Shown here one piece after another: positions 52,376 to 61,814 of a stretch of DNA of 64,000 nt; within the stretch, counting starts at the first letter, position 1; each line of letters opens with the position of its first letter. The DNA is taken from the NCBI GenBank assembly GCA_905176665.1, contig CAJINA010000005.1:33346-97345 (forward strand), written 5' to 3'. The stretch is from Olavius algarvensis Delta 4 endosymbiont. GTDB lineage: Bacteria > Desulfobacterota > Desulfobacteria > Desulfobacterales > CAJINA01. The notes below the pieces were generated by a model. The model was not told the DNA's origin, searched no databases, and saw only the letters and a list, made by a program, of their open reading frames with translations. Position numbers and translations under genes: made by a program.

Positions 52376-53074
52376 ATGGGCATCCGTCAGTATCGTTATT
52401 CTTCCGATAATCTAGGATACCTTGTATACGGCCGTAAAACCGCCATGGCCATCGATGGCGGGGCCGTGCGCGCCATCCTGGACTTCATTGAGAAACAAAG
52501 CCTGGAATTGAGATATGTGACCAACACCCACCGGCACCCGGACCACACCGCCGGCACCGGCGACCTGGTGAAATTGTCAGGGGCCGAATACCTGTCCTGG
52601 GAGATGCTGCTTGCAGCCGGGCAAATTGTTCTGGATGATCTTACGGTGGAGGTGATCGACACCCCGGGTCACACGGATGATTCTATATCCTTCAGTGTGG
52701 AAGAGAGCCTGATTACCGGCGATACCCTCTTTAACGGCACGGTGGGCAACTGCTTCAGTGACGACCTCAAGTCCTTCTACGAGTCCGTCAAAAAGCTCCT
52801 GGCCTTCCCACCAGCTACCAAGGTCTATGCCGGGCATGACTATGTGAAGTATTCGATGGCTTTTGCCAAAATCGTGGAACCTGAGAACGCCCAGATCGAC
52901 GCTTTCCTGAAAAATTATGACCCTGCCCTCATCGTCTCCACCCTGGCGGACGAGCTGGAGGTGAACCCCTACGTCCGCTTCAATGCTGAACCCATCATTG
53001 CCCTGCTTAAAAAGCGCGGTTTCCCGGTGCAGACGGAGTATGAGCGCTGGTTGGGTGTTATGTCCTTAGAGTAA
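52376..53074 (+). CDS. hydroxyacylglutathione hydrolase (glyoxalase II)-like MBL-fold protein
   Basis: THRHPDHTAG, TPGHT, TGDTLF, AGHDY, STLADELEVNP; GGAGG RBS before 52376. Confidence 0.88.
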   Translation: MGIRQYRYSSDNLGYLVYGRKTAMAIDGGAVRAILDFIEKQSLELRYVTNTHRHPDHTAGTGDLVKLSGAEYLSWEMLLAAGQIVLDDLTVEVIDTPGHTDDSISFSVEESLITGDTLFNGTVGNCFSDDLKSFYESVKKLLAFPPATKVYAGHDYVKYSMAFAKIVEPENAQIDAFLKNYDPALIVSTLADELEVNPYVRFNAEPIIALLKKRGFPVQTEYERWLGVMSLE

Positions 53075-53131
53075 GCGCCTGGACCTTACCACAATCTCCC
53101 CAATGAAAGCATACTGGCTAATACCAATTTT

Positions 53132-53274
53132 CTCGCGCAGAGACGCAGAGGCGCAGAGAAGGTCAAACCCCCTAAATTTTCAGCTGCGCTGAAAGGTCAA
53201 AAGAAAGGTTTTCGCGCGCAAGCGCGCTTCAAACTGGTTTTGATTTTCTCTGCGCCTCTGCGTCTCTGCGCGAG
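53132..53274. repeat. 29-bp perfect inverted repeat built of CGCAGAG units (REP-like)
   Basis: CTCGCGCAGAGACGCAGAGGCGCAGAGAA at 53132-53160 and its reverse complement at 53246-53274. Confidence 0.85.
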
Positions 53275-53372
53275 GCATATTAGCCTTTTATCTCGAATGT
53301 CCGTACGCACTCCTTTCAGGAGTACCAGTAAGTAGCTTACATGAGGGGATTAACTGTTAGGGCAAACGGGGA

Positions 53373-55403
53373 TTAATCCGTAGGGATTTCTCCCGTCAAG
53401 GTCTTCTTCACCCCGATCCCCAGGTCCTGCATGGTAAAGGGCTTGCGGATGAACTCGCCGGCCCCTAAAGCCTGGGCTTTGCGGACGCGCTCCGTCAATG
53501 AGAACCCGCTGAAGATAACCGCTTTTTGCTGTGGATGTTTGGCAAGAATACGCTGGTAGGTTTCCAGGCCGTCGATGCCCGGGGTCATAATCATATCCAG
53601 CATCAGCATATCGACCGTGTGGGCTTTCATATAAGTCACGGCGGCTTCACCGCTCTCCGCCTTGGCAACTTTATACCCCAGTTCGGTCAGCATGCCGGCT
53701 GCAATCTCCAATTGTTCCGGCATGTCGTCCACCACCAGGATGGTTTCCCCGCTGCCTTTCAAATGCTCAAGTGATACCTTTTGGGGTTTCTCCTCGGGTT
53801 GTCGTTCGGTGACTGGTAAATAGAGCCAGATGGTGGTGCCTTTACCGAGGCCGCTCTTTACATCGATATAACCACGATGATCTTTAACGGTGCCCCAGAC
53901 GACCGCCATGCCCAGTCCGGTGCCGCTGCGGCCCATCTCCTTTTTCGTGCAAAACGGTTCGAAGATGTGGGCGATGTCCTTGTCGGAGATCCCCATTCCG
54001 GTATCGGCCACGGTCACTTCCACGTATTTGCCGGGAACGATTTCGCTATATCCGTCCACCGGACTGTTCAGCGGCCGCACCCGGGTCGTTATGGTGAGCT
54101 CACCTCCCGAAGGCATGGCTTCCGCCGCATTTGAGACCAGGTTCATCATGGCCTTGGAAAGGTGGACATGTGAACCCAGGATATAGGGCAGCTCAGCCAT
54201 GAGGTCCGTCTTCACCTTGACAATCGGGTGAAAGCTCTGCAGCTTTTGAAACTCCGGGCTGTCAAGATAGGTCAAAATGGTTTCGTTCAAGGAAACAACG
54301 TCCGATACAGATACACCGCGGCGAGCCAGGGTCAGCAGGTCCTGGACGATGGTGGCGGCCTTGTCTCCGGACCTTTTGATTGTTTGCAGAGGCTTGGCCA
54401 GGGGGGTGTCGGGGCCGAGTTGGACGAGCAGTAGCTCAGGGTAACTGATGATGCCTGAAAGGACGTTGTTCAGGTCGTGCGCTACGCCGCCGGCTAGCGT
54501 GCCGATCGCTTCCAGTTTCTGGGCCTGTTGGAGTTTTTCGGTGGTGCGGGTCAACTCGGCTGTACGTTTTTCCACCAGCCGCTCCAGGTGATCGCGGTAG
54601 TTGCTCAGTTCTTTCTCGATGGCAAAACGCTCGGTCACATCGGTAATCATCAAGATAGTGGTGTTTTCGCTGATAACTGGCAGGCGTTTTAACAGCACTT
54701 GCTTGGCTCCGATCCGCAAGGGATTCTTGGCCCCGATTTCAATGGCGGCGGTGATTTCAGAAATCATCAGATCACGGACACGTTTGGCAGCCTCACCATC
54801 AAATAGGGTTTCCGGGGCGACCGACAGCAGCTGTTCCTGGCGCAGGCTAAAGAGGGCGCAGGCGGTCTGGTTGGCATAGACGATTCTACCGGCGGCAATC
54901 TCGAGCATTCCCTCGGCGATGCTGTCAATGACGGTTTTGAGATGATCGTTGCGGGAGAGCAGCTCTCGGGTCATCTGCCGGGGATAGACAGTGTCCAGTC
55001 CGACGAACGGTTTGGCCCCGGAAACCTGCTGGTCCACATCGTGCTGGTTAATAACGTCCAGGATGTGTTGGGCCATTTCGTTGAAGGGCCCCTTGGCAAT
55101 GAATGCGTCGGCCGATATGTCCACAGCCTCGAAGTTGATCTCTATCGCAGCGGCCGACATGAGCACCAGGTAGCAATGATCGAACGATCCTTTGCTCCGG
55201 ACAATTTCACAGAGTTTGTCGCCCTCGATGTTCGGCATGATCAGGTCGGTAAAAATGATATCCGGATGAAAATCATCCAAAATACCGATAGCCAGCAACC
55301 CGTCCTCGGCGGTGGCGACTTCGTGGCCTTCTTTCTCGAGGAGGTTTTTCATCCAGTTGAGGATGATGCGGTTGTTGTCGATGACCAGGATCTTTTTTTT
55401 CAT
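53373..55403 (-). CDS. hybrid sensor histidine kinase (REC-PAS-HisKA-HATPase-REC)
   Basis: FTDLIMP receiver, AHDLNNVL H-box, NLVSNAAEAM, DTGMG, GTGLGM, C-terminal LDMIM receiver. Confidence 0.93.
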   Translation of the reverse strand: MKKKILVIDNNRIILNWMKNLLEKEGHEVATAEDGLLAIGILDDFHPDIIFTDLIMPNIEGDKLCEIVRSKGSFDHCYLVLMSAAAIEINFEAVDISADAFIAKGPFNEMAQHILDVINQHDVDQQVSGAKPFVGLDTVYPRQMTRELLSRNDHLKTVIDSIAEGMLEIAAGRIVYANQTACALFSLRQEQLLSVAPETLFDGEAAKRVRDLMISEITAAIEIGAKNPLRIGAKQVLLKRLPVISENTTILMITDVTERFAIEKELSNYRDHLERLVEKRTAELTRTTEKLQQAQKLEAIGTLAGGVAHDLNNVLSGIISYPELLLVQLGPDTPLAKPLQTIKRSGDKAATIVQDLLTLARRGVSVSDVVSLNETILTYLDSPEFQKLQSFHPIVKVKTDLMAELPYILGSHVHLSKAMMNLVSNAAEAMPSGGELTITTRVRPLNSPVDGYSEIVPGKYVEVTVADTGMGISDKDIAHIFEPFCTKKEMGRSGTGLGMAVVWGTVKDHRGYIDVKSGLGKGTTIWLYLPVTERQPEEKPQKVSLEHLKGSGETILVVDDMPEQLEIAAGMLTELGYKVAKAESGEAAVTYMKAHTVDMLMLDMIMTPGIDGLETYQRILAKHPQQKAVIFSGFSLTERVRKAQALGAGEFIRKPFTMQDLGIGVKKTLTGEIPTD

Positions 55404-55756
55404 AGCAGCTAGCCTAACCGGGTGGGAGACAGGCATTACTAATCTGTCTCGATTGCAAAATCAAGATTTTTAGTCGGCGTAAGATAAAACCCGTGCCCCT
55501 GCGCGCAACGCCGAGATTGGCCCATCAGGCGTTGACTGAAGCTGTGCCCGACAAGAAGACAGTTCTGAGATAGCCTCTAATATCTATATCGGCCAATTTG
55601 GACGTAGCTCAAGAAACCGCGGCATCGAAGTACCTTTACAGGGGCGCTATATTTATAATGCGCACTCAGCCTGATTGGGCAACCCCGCCGGTGAATTAAT
55701 TGACAACCCGTCGGGGCTCTTGTATCATTCCTCCAATTTTTCAGATGAGGTGTTGA

Positions 55757-56212
55757 ATGCGTAGAAAAGACAAGGAAATCAAGGATAAAGAACTAATTGA
55801 ACAGATTATTCAGAATGCACAAATTTGCCGCCTGGCCCTGGCTGAGGGCGACCAGCCCTATGTTGTCCCTCTGAATTTTGGCTACCGGGACAAGACCGTC
55901 TATTTTCATTCCGCGACCCAGGGCCGGAAGATCGATATGCTCAAGAACAATCCCAAGGTCTGCCTGGAATTTACAACCGATCTGGAGCTGGTCCGGGCTG
56001 AAAAAAGTTGTGACTGGGGCCAGCGTTTCAATTGCGTCATCGCTTTCGGCGAGGCCCGTATGATTGAAGACAATGACGCGAAAAGAGACGCCCTCGATGT
56101 CATCATGGCGCACTACGGTGGAAAAGGGGGCGATTACTCGGACGGCAAACTGAAAATCACGGCCGTGATCGCGGTGAAAGTCAGTACGATGACCGGCAAG
56201 GGTTTGGGGTGA
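55757..56212 (+). CDS. pyridoxamine 5'-phosphate oxidase-like (NimA-like) flavin-binding protein
   Basis: MRRKDKEI, PYVVPLNFGY, YFHSA..GRKID..NPKVC. Confidence 0.9.
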   Translation: MRRKDKEIKDKELIEQIIQNAQICRLALAEGDQPYVVPLNFGYRDKTVYFHSATQGRKIDMLKNNPKVCLEFTTDLELVRAEKSCDWGQRFNCVIAFGEARMIEDNDAKRDALDVIMAHYGGKGGDYSDGKLKITAVIAVKVSTMTGKGLG

Positions 56213-56913
56213 GAATGGATGATCTGAATCATACCGGTCACGGGACCGATTCTGAATCCCAGGGCAGTGTTACGGCTGAATTGGTTGCGTCCATGAAGAA
56301 CCAGGCTCGCCGGCTTTTTTTTGAGGCAGCCGGAAGTCACGACTGGGACCACACCCGGCGGGTAGCCGCACTATGCGAGCGCATCGGTCGGGTTGAAAAA
56401 GCCGACTTGACAGTTCTGCGCATGGCCGCCTATTTGCACGACATCGGCCGCTGTCACCAGGATCGTTCGTCCGGCGCCCAGTGCCATGCCCAGGCGGGCG
56501 CGCACCTGGCCGCCGCCATCCTGGCCAAGATACCACTTTTAGATTCAGCCAAACGAAACATCATCCACTGCATCCGTTCCCATCGTTTCCGTGAGAACCA
56601 TGCCCCGGAAACACTTGAGGCGAAGGTCCTTTTCGATGCCGACAAGCTCGATGCCATCGGGGCCGTGGGTGTGGCACGCGCGTACCTGTTTGCCGGTGAG
56701 GTTGGCGCTCGGTTGCACAACGCCGCTATTGATGTCACCACAGCCCCGGCTTACTCGGAAAATGACACCGGTTACCGGGAATACCTGGTGAAACTGCGCC
56801 ACATCCATAGCCGCATGCTCACCGCGGAAGGCCGGCGGCTGGCTGCCGAGCGCCACGCGTTCATGGTGGACTTTTTTGATCGGTTTCTGGGCGAGATTGA
56901 TGGGCGGATTTAG
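56209..56913 (+). CDS. HD domain phosphohydrolase
   Basis: SHDWDHTRRV, LHDIGR, HRFR, DADKLDAIGAVGVAR. Confidence 0.9.
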   Translation: MRMDDLNHTGHGTDSESQGSVTAELVASMKNQARRLFFEAAGSHDWDHTRRVAALCERIGRVEKADLTVLRMAAYLHDIGRCHQDRSSGAQCHAQAGAHLAAAILAKIPLLDSAKRNIIHCIRSHRFRENHAPETLEAKVLFDADKLDAIGAVGVARAYLFAGEVGARLHNAAIDVTTAPAYSENDTGYREYLVKLRHIHSRMLTAEGRRLAAERHAFMVDFFDRFLGEIDGRI

Positions 56914-57091
56914 GGCACGCCTCATCGTTACGCAACAGTCCGGGCCCTGCGTTTTTCCGGTTTTGACAAGTTTGTCCGTATCCAATACAATGAACCCATC
57001 TCGCTATTGTAAACTCCCATATACAACCGGATTGCCTCAACGTGGTAAACGCGTTGAGATAAAAAATAATCATCAAGAATGAGGAGGTCAC

Positions 57092-57283
57092 ATGAAAGCC
57101 ACTATCACCAAGCAGTGCATGGGCGATCGCAATTGCAACAACCTGTGTCCGGATGTGTTTGAGTATGACGAAGACCAGCTGCTTTCCATCGTCAAGTTCG
57201 ATGAGATCCCCGAACAATACCAGGATCTGGTGCGCCAGGCAGCGGCCGAGTGCGGAGCGGATGCTATCGAAATCGAAGAGTAG
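57092..57283 (+). CDS. monocluster ferredoxin
   Basis: CMGDRNCNNLCPDVF...AAECGADAI; GAGGAGG RBS. Confidence 0.88.
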   Translation: MKATITKQCMGDRNCNNLCPDVFEYDEDQLLSIVKFDEIPEQYQDLVRQAAAECGADAIEIEE

Positions 57284-57391
57284 CTACCATTAAAAATAGG
57301 CCTCGGCCTGTTCCAGGCGTGGTTGAATTGAATGCAAAGGGGCGCAGGCGACCTGCGCCGTTTTGCCTTCCAATGCAAAGGGGATTTGATT

Positions 57392-57967
57392 ATGGGAAAG
57401 TTTCGCAACAGCCAGACGGCTAAAAACTTGATGTTGTCATTTGCCGGTGAATCCCAGGCCCGCAACCGGTATTCATATTTCGCCCGGCGTGCCTGGGACG
57501 AGGGGTTTGTGCAAATCGGCGACATCTTTGAAGAGACCGCCAACCAGGAGTGTGAACACGCCCTGCGCTTTTTCAAGTTTTTCAACGGCGGGGAGCTGGA
57601 GATCACGGGCAGCTTTCCATCCGGGGTCATCAAAAACACCTATGATAATCTGATCGCGGCCGCGGACGGCGAGCGGTTTGAACACACCGAGCTTTACCCG
57701 GGGTTTGCCCAGGTGGCCGTTGATGAGGGCTTCGAACGGGCGGCCGATACCTGGGAAGCCATCATGGTGTCGGAAAAACAGCATGAAAAACGCTACCGCG
57801 AACTGGCCGGCAACCTGGGCGCCAACCGGGTCTTTACGCGGGACACGGAAGTGGTCTGGCGCTGTCGCAACTGCGGTTATCTGCATACCGGCCAGGCCGC
57901 CCCGGAAAAATGCCCGGCATGCGTGATGGGACGGGGATTTTTTGAACTACTTGGTGAGAACTGGTAG
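57392..57967 (+). CDS. rbr: rubrerythrin
   Basis: FAGESQARNRY, EcEHA, EKQHE, WRCRNCGY..CPAC. Confidence 0.95.
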   Translation: MGKFRNSQTAKNLMLSFAGESQARNRYSYFARRAWDEGFVQIGDIFEETANQECEHALRFFKFFNGGELEITGSFPSGVIKNTYDNLIAAADGERFEHTELYPGFAQVAVDEGFERAADTWEAIMVSEKQHEKRYRELAGNLGANRVFTRDTEVVWRCRNCGYLHTGQAAPEKCPACVMGRGFFELLGENW

Positions 57968-57977
57968 CCATTATAAT

Positions 57978-58122
57978 TAGAAGCTGTCCTAAGAACGGAT
58001 TTTGGCTCAAGGTCAAGGCGGACGCAATTTTTATATTCGAGGAATACTGATGGTATTTTGAGGATTCAAAATGGCGCCCAACGCAGAGATTGAGCCAAAT
58101 GACTTTCTTAGAGCAGTTTCTA
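57978..58122. repeat. palindromic MITE-like element, copy E
   Basis: TAGAAGCTGTCCTAAGAA / TTCTTAGAGCAGTTTCTA termini; core GAGGAATAC..GTATTTTGAGG. Confidence 0.8.
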
Positions 58123-58423
58123 TTCGGATTTGATGTTTTTCAGTCGCCGTATCGCACCGGCTATGCCGGCGGGCAATTCATCGTCGAAGGAGACGTGGAT
58201 GGAGTAGTCGTTTTTGAGGTAATAGTTCACACAGATCACCGTGCCTTGCTGAAACATCTTGAGGGGCGCGGCCCGGGTGGGGATGCGAATGGACGACCTG
58301 AATCACCCTGGTCACAGGGCTGATTCTAAATCCAAAGGCAGCCTTCCTGGTGGACTGGTTGAATCCATAAAAACCAGGTGCGCCGACTTTTTCTCAACGT
58401 AGCGGCACTGTGCTGGTAAACCG

Positions 58424-59623
58424 TTATTTAATGTTGGTTCCTTTGGAAGCAGCCTTGTTGTATTCGGCGTTGTCTGGTCCAAGAAGGAGAGACAATAGAT
58501 TCCGGCTGCCAAACTGACCCGCTAAAAAATGGCCTACCAGGCTTCTTAAGGGATCCTCTTCTCCGCCGTACAACTTGCTTGCCAAACGGGTACAAGCCTT
58601 GATATGCCCTCCCATGAAATGGGACATGACTGCTTGCTTATAGTGCCTAAATGTAAAATTGCTACTTTGAAAAGCCTGAATCAAAGTCCTGGCAGCGATC
58701 TCACCATAAGACAAAGCCATGTGGATCCCACCGCCGAACGCAGGCTCGATGCCGGCGGCATCTCCTACCAGAATAAGATTGTGTTGCGAAATCGGCACTT
58801 CATCCGAATACCAGCGAATGGGATGGCTGGACCAGGATTCAGACCCAATGTTGATCTGGCGGGTTTTTAATTCCTGGCTGAATATCTGTTTCATATTCGG
58901 CCGCGGCCTTTCAGGCTGGAAACGGAAATGGCCTATTCCGTGATTCATATGTGGGGCTTTGCCCAGCAGACAAGGACAGTGCCATGTGTATCCCTGCAAG
59001 TCTGCGTCAACCGGGGTAAAATCAATCGATATATTTTTTCAAGCAAATTCAATATCATATTCAGGATCTGCCGGTGTCGAGACCTACAGCGTTGTTGCCA
59101 GACACGTTTTATGGGGCCGCATCATGGCGCGTCGCACCATGGAAAGGGACCCATCTGCTCCCACAAGGGCTTTTACGGAATAGTTTCCATGGCTGGTCGA
59201 TACCATCAGTACATCCCGCTCAAGGCTTGCCGTGATGAATCTTTCCTTTTCATGGAGCACCATCCCACGTTTGACACCTACTTGGGTCAGGGCGAAATCA
59301 AAATCTGCACGCTGGACCATTCTGAAACGATTTGGGCTTTTATATAGCCAACTTTTATCCTGATACCGAAACTCTACATCAGTTACAAACAGCGATGGGA
59401 TGCTTAAGTCAACCTCCAGGTGTTCTAATACATCTGCACTCCACGCCCCGACTGCGCCGGCGCACAACTTGTGTCGCGGGAAAGCGGCCTTCTCGATCAA
59501 AACCGTCTTATCAGCCAATTCGGGTGCATACTTTTTCAAATGCAGCCAGGTCGATATTCCTGCCGGACCGGCCCCGACGATCATGACGTCGTAATCCTCT
59601 ACCCTCTCTTCGGTATTGTACAT
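58424..59623 (-). pseudogene. geranylgeranyl reductase-family FAD oxidoreductase with two in-frame stops
   Basis: YDVMIVGAGPAG, FPRHKLCAG, RADFD, VGADG, GYTW, VGDAAG..FGGGI all in one frame, interrupted by TAG (59086-59084) and TGA (59041-59039). Confidence 0.85.
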
Positions 59624-59635
59624 TTGTAAGACCAA

Positions 59636-60322
59636 TAGTAGTCCTCCCAGCAAAACCGCGCTCAACCCGGCATGTTTATGTTACCTTCCCCCTGAGCATA
59701 GTTCGTACGAATACTTGTTTATACGGCTAAGCCCCCGAACTCTTTTGGCACTTCGAAACCAGACAACAGGGTATTTGCATATGGGCAATTAAAACTGCTG
59801 ATCGATTTCTGAGATAAATCCCGTGAGCATCATCATCGTATGCCGTATCACCGATGAGTTTATCAGGAAGGCACCGAGAAAAGCCGATAGCTATTGTGGC
59901 TTCACCCAGCTGTGCTTCAAGGGACGAAGCGCTTTCAAGGTGAGCGGCGACAGGAAGATCCCCATTTTTCTTGACCGGGCGAAGCTACCATCTATGAATG
60001 CTGTCCAGATATCAAAGTTCCCTCGCTCGTGCTAGTCTCCTACCAACACTTTGTTGGATGCACGGCGGAAACCGACTATAGCCAGTTTGGTACGACGGGT
60101 ACCGCTGGGGCAAATCCTTCCAGGCCGCTCCGGTCCTCAAGATCCATAATATCCCGTCTAAGACTTCACAAGGATCGCGTGCATTGCGTCCTGCGGGATC
60201 TGCCGGCGGTTTGATGATGGTTTAAACGGCTCTATCCGACGCCCATATTCGCCTGTGACCTCTACCCTGATTCTACCACATAATCAGGATCTTATGTTTA
60301 GTTTAGTTTGAGATAGCTTCTA
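59636..60322 (-). mobile_element. degenerate IS5-family insertion sequence (transposase pseudogene)
   Basis: Frameshifted fragments EVLDGILWILRTGAAWKDLPQRYPSYQT, AFIDGSFA, PDKLIGDTAYD; left end TAGAAGCTATCTCA at 60322; right boundary uncertain. Confidence 0.8.
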
Positions 60323-60574
60323 GTAACTTTGAGTCCAACCATCACATTCTATAGGTTGGCGTTTTGGGTTAATACCTTTTCCCATCCCACTTTTTACAGC
60401 GTCTAGTATACGTTCGCAATCTTCTTGAGTTATGTCATCATACCTTTCCTTTTTAAAGAAGGCGTGAAGAGCCTTAGGGGTCGTTTCTTTGAGAAAATTT
60501 GTCGCCAGCTCTTGATTTTTGGTTGCCTCCATAATGAAATCTATAAAATCTCCTTTGTTTCCGCCATTAGCCAT
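60320..60574 (-). CDS. small Nif11-like leader protein, putative RiPP precursor peptide
   Basis: 84 aa with AAGGAG RBS; helical FIDFIMEATKNQELATNF...FFKKERYDDITQEDC leader followed by Gly-rich linker and tail PIECDGWTQSY. Confidence 0.65.
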   Translation of the reverse strand: MANGGNKGDFIDFIMEATKNQELATNFLKETTPKALHAFFKKERYDDITQEDCERILDAVKSGMGKGINPKRQPIECDGWTQSY

Positions 60575-60776
60575 GTTTCTCTCCTTTCTTTTGTGTTTTA
60601 AGATCATGAATCATGATGTTGTCAAACCCCAAGAACCGTAAAGTGCTTTTTGCCGAACAAGACCGTTACGAATCCGAAAAGCGCCATTACCGGCTGCTAA
60701 CGCCATCCATGGTCGTGTCTTTTCTTCCTGGTCGAATATGTCCCTCCTTTCTTTTTTGCGCCTTAACAGCTTGAGT

Positions 60777-61814
60777 CTATTCAAGCGTCTCCAGTACTCG
60801 CCGGCAATATGGTCTGTCTGGATAAAGATCTCCGTACCCGCGCGAGGGGCGGATCATTCCGTTTTCCTGGCAGAGGTTGGTATATTTACAAGCTGGACAC
60901 GTCTCTTGGTCTGCTGCGACGGTTTTTCGATATTCATCGGAAGCCAGAACGTTACGAATCTTACCGCCTCTGTATCTGCCAAAGCTATTCCTGCTTGAGT
61001 GCACCACGCCGATATGCCGGTTTGCAAATACAACCATACATCTCTCCCGGTAGAGGGGCGGAACCAGCGGAATCCATGGCATCTTCAGCAATTTAGAAAC
61101 GATGTTGGCGACAGGGTTTTTCTTCACGATCGTTCGAAAACCACCGATATTTAAAAGCGCAGCCATCTTCACCAAATGGATGAAGTCTTCCGGATCAAGA
61201 AGCTCTTCTGATAGGGCAAACGGACCATTCGCCGTGTGAATGAGCTGTATGAGAATGAGACAATCGATGGCCGGAAACTCTGTGTACAGGCCATTTACAA
61301 AATGCGGCAATTCCGGCAGCAGGCTTTTTGTAACTGTTGTGAAAATTGTACAATTGTTCCCCCCATTAAGCGCCCTCTCAATGCCCCGCATTGTCGTTCT
61401 GTAAGATCCCTTCCCCCGTATGCGGTCATGCAGGTCGGCGGGCCCATCCAAACTGACCGAAATTGAAAAGTCCCCATAGTTGGCTAGCCGCCTGCTGATT
61501 TCTTCTGTAATGAGGGTTCCATTGGTATTCATAAAGATGGTTTCAAATCCGATCCCAAAGCCATAGTCCAAAGCCTCAAACAGGCCTTCCCAGAGTAGAG
61601 GTTCACCGCCTGTAATATGCAGGTGACGGTATCCAATAGCATGCCCTTCGGTAATGATCTCCCTGACTGTATCGACGGGGAGGCTAGAGCCTTTGGAAAT
61701 GTTGGAACGGGCAAAACAGTGCAAGCAAGAACTGTTGCAGTGCGATGTTACCTCGATAGTCAGCGATTCCTGCTCCACCACCTGAAAGATTTCCTCTGCT
61801 GTATTTCCTTTCAT
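60777..61814 (-). CDS. radical SAM protein with SPASM-like C-terminus
   Basis: IEVTSHCNSSCLHC, ITGGEPLL, NTNGTL, SVSLDG..HDRIRG; C-terminal CPACKYTNLC...PYC. Confidence 0.9.
   Translation of the reverse strand: MKGNTAEEIFQVVEQESLTIEVTSHCNSSCLHCFARSNISKGSSLPVDTVREIITEGHAIGYRHLHITGGEPLLWEGLFEALDYGFGIGFETIFMNTNGTLITEEISRRLANYGDFSISVSLDGPADLHDRIRGKGSYRTTMRGIERALNGGNNCTIFTTVTKSLLPELPHFVNGLYTEFPAIDCLILIQLIHTANGPFALSEELLDPEDFIHLVKMAALLNIGGFRTIVKKNPVANIVSKLLKMPWIPLVPPLYRERCMVVFANRHIGVVHSSRNSFGRYRGGKIRNVLASDEYRKTVAADQETCPACKYTNLCQENGMIRPSRGYGDLYPDRPYCRRVLETLE

Noticed and set aside
59039-59086. Selenocysteine or pyrrolysine read-through in the GGR gene
   Set aside because: Two different stops at non-motif positions, no evident SECIS hairpin, and an adjacent decayed IS; pseudogenisation is simpler.
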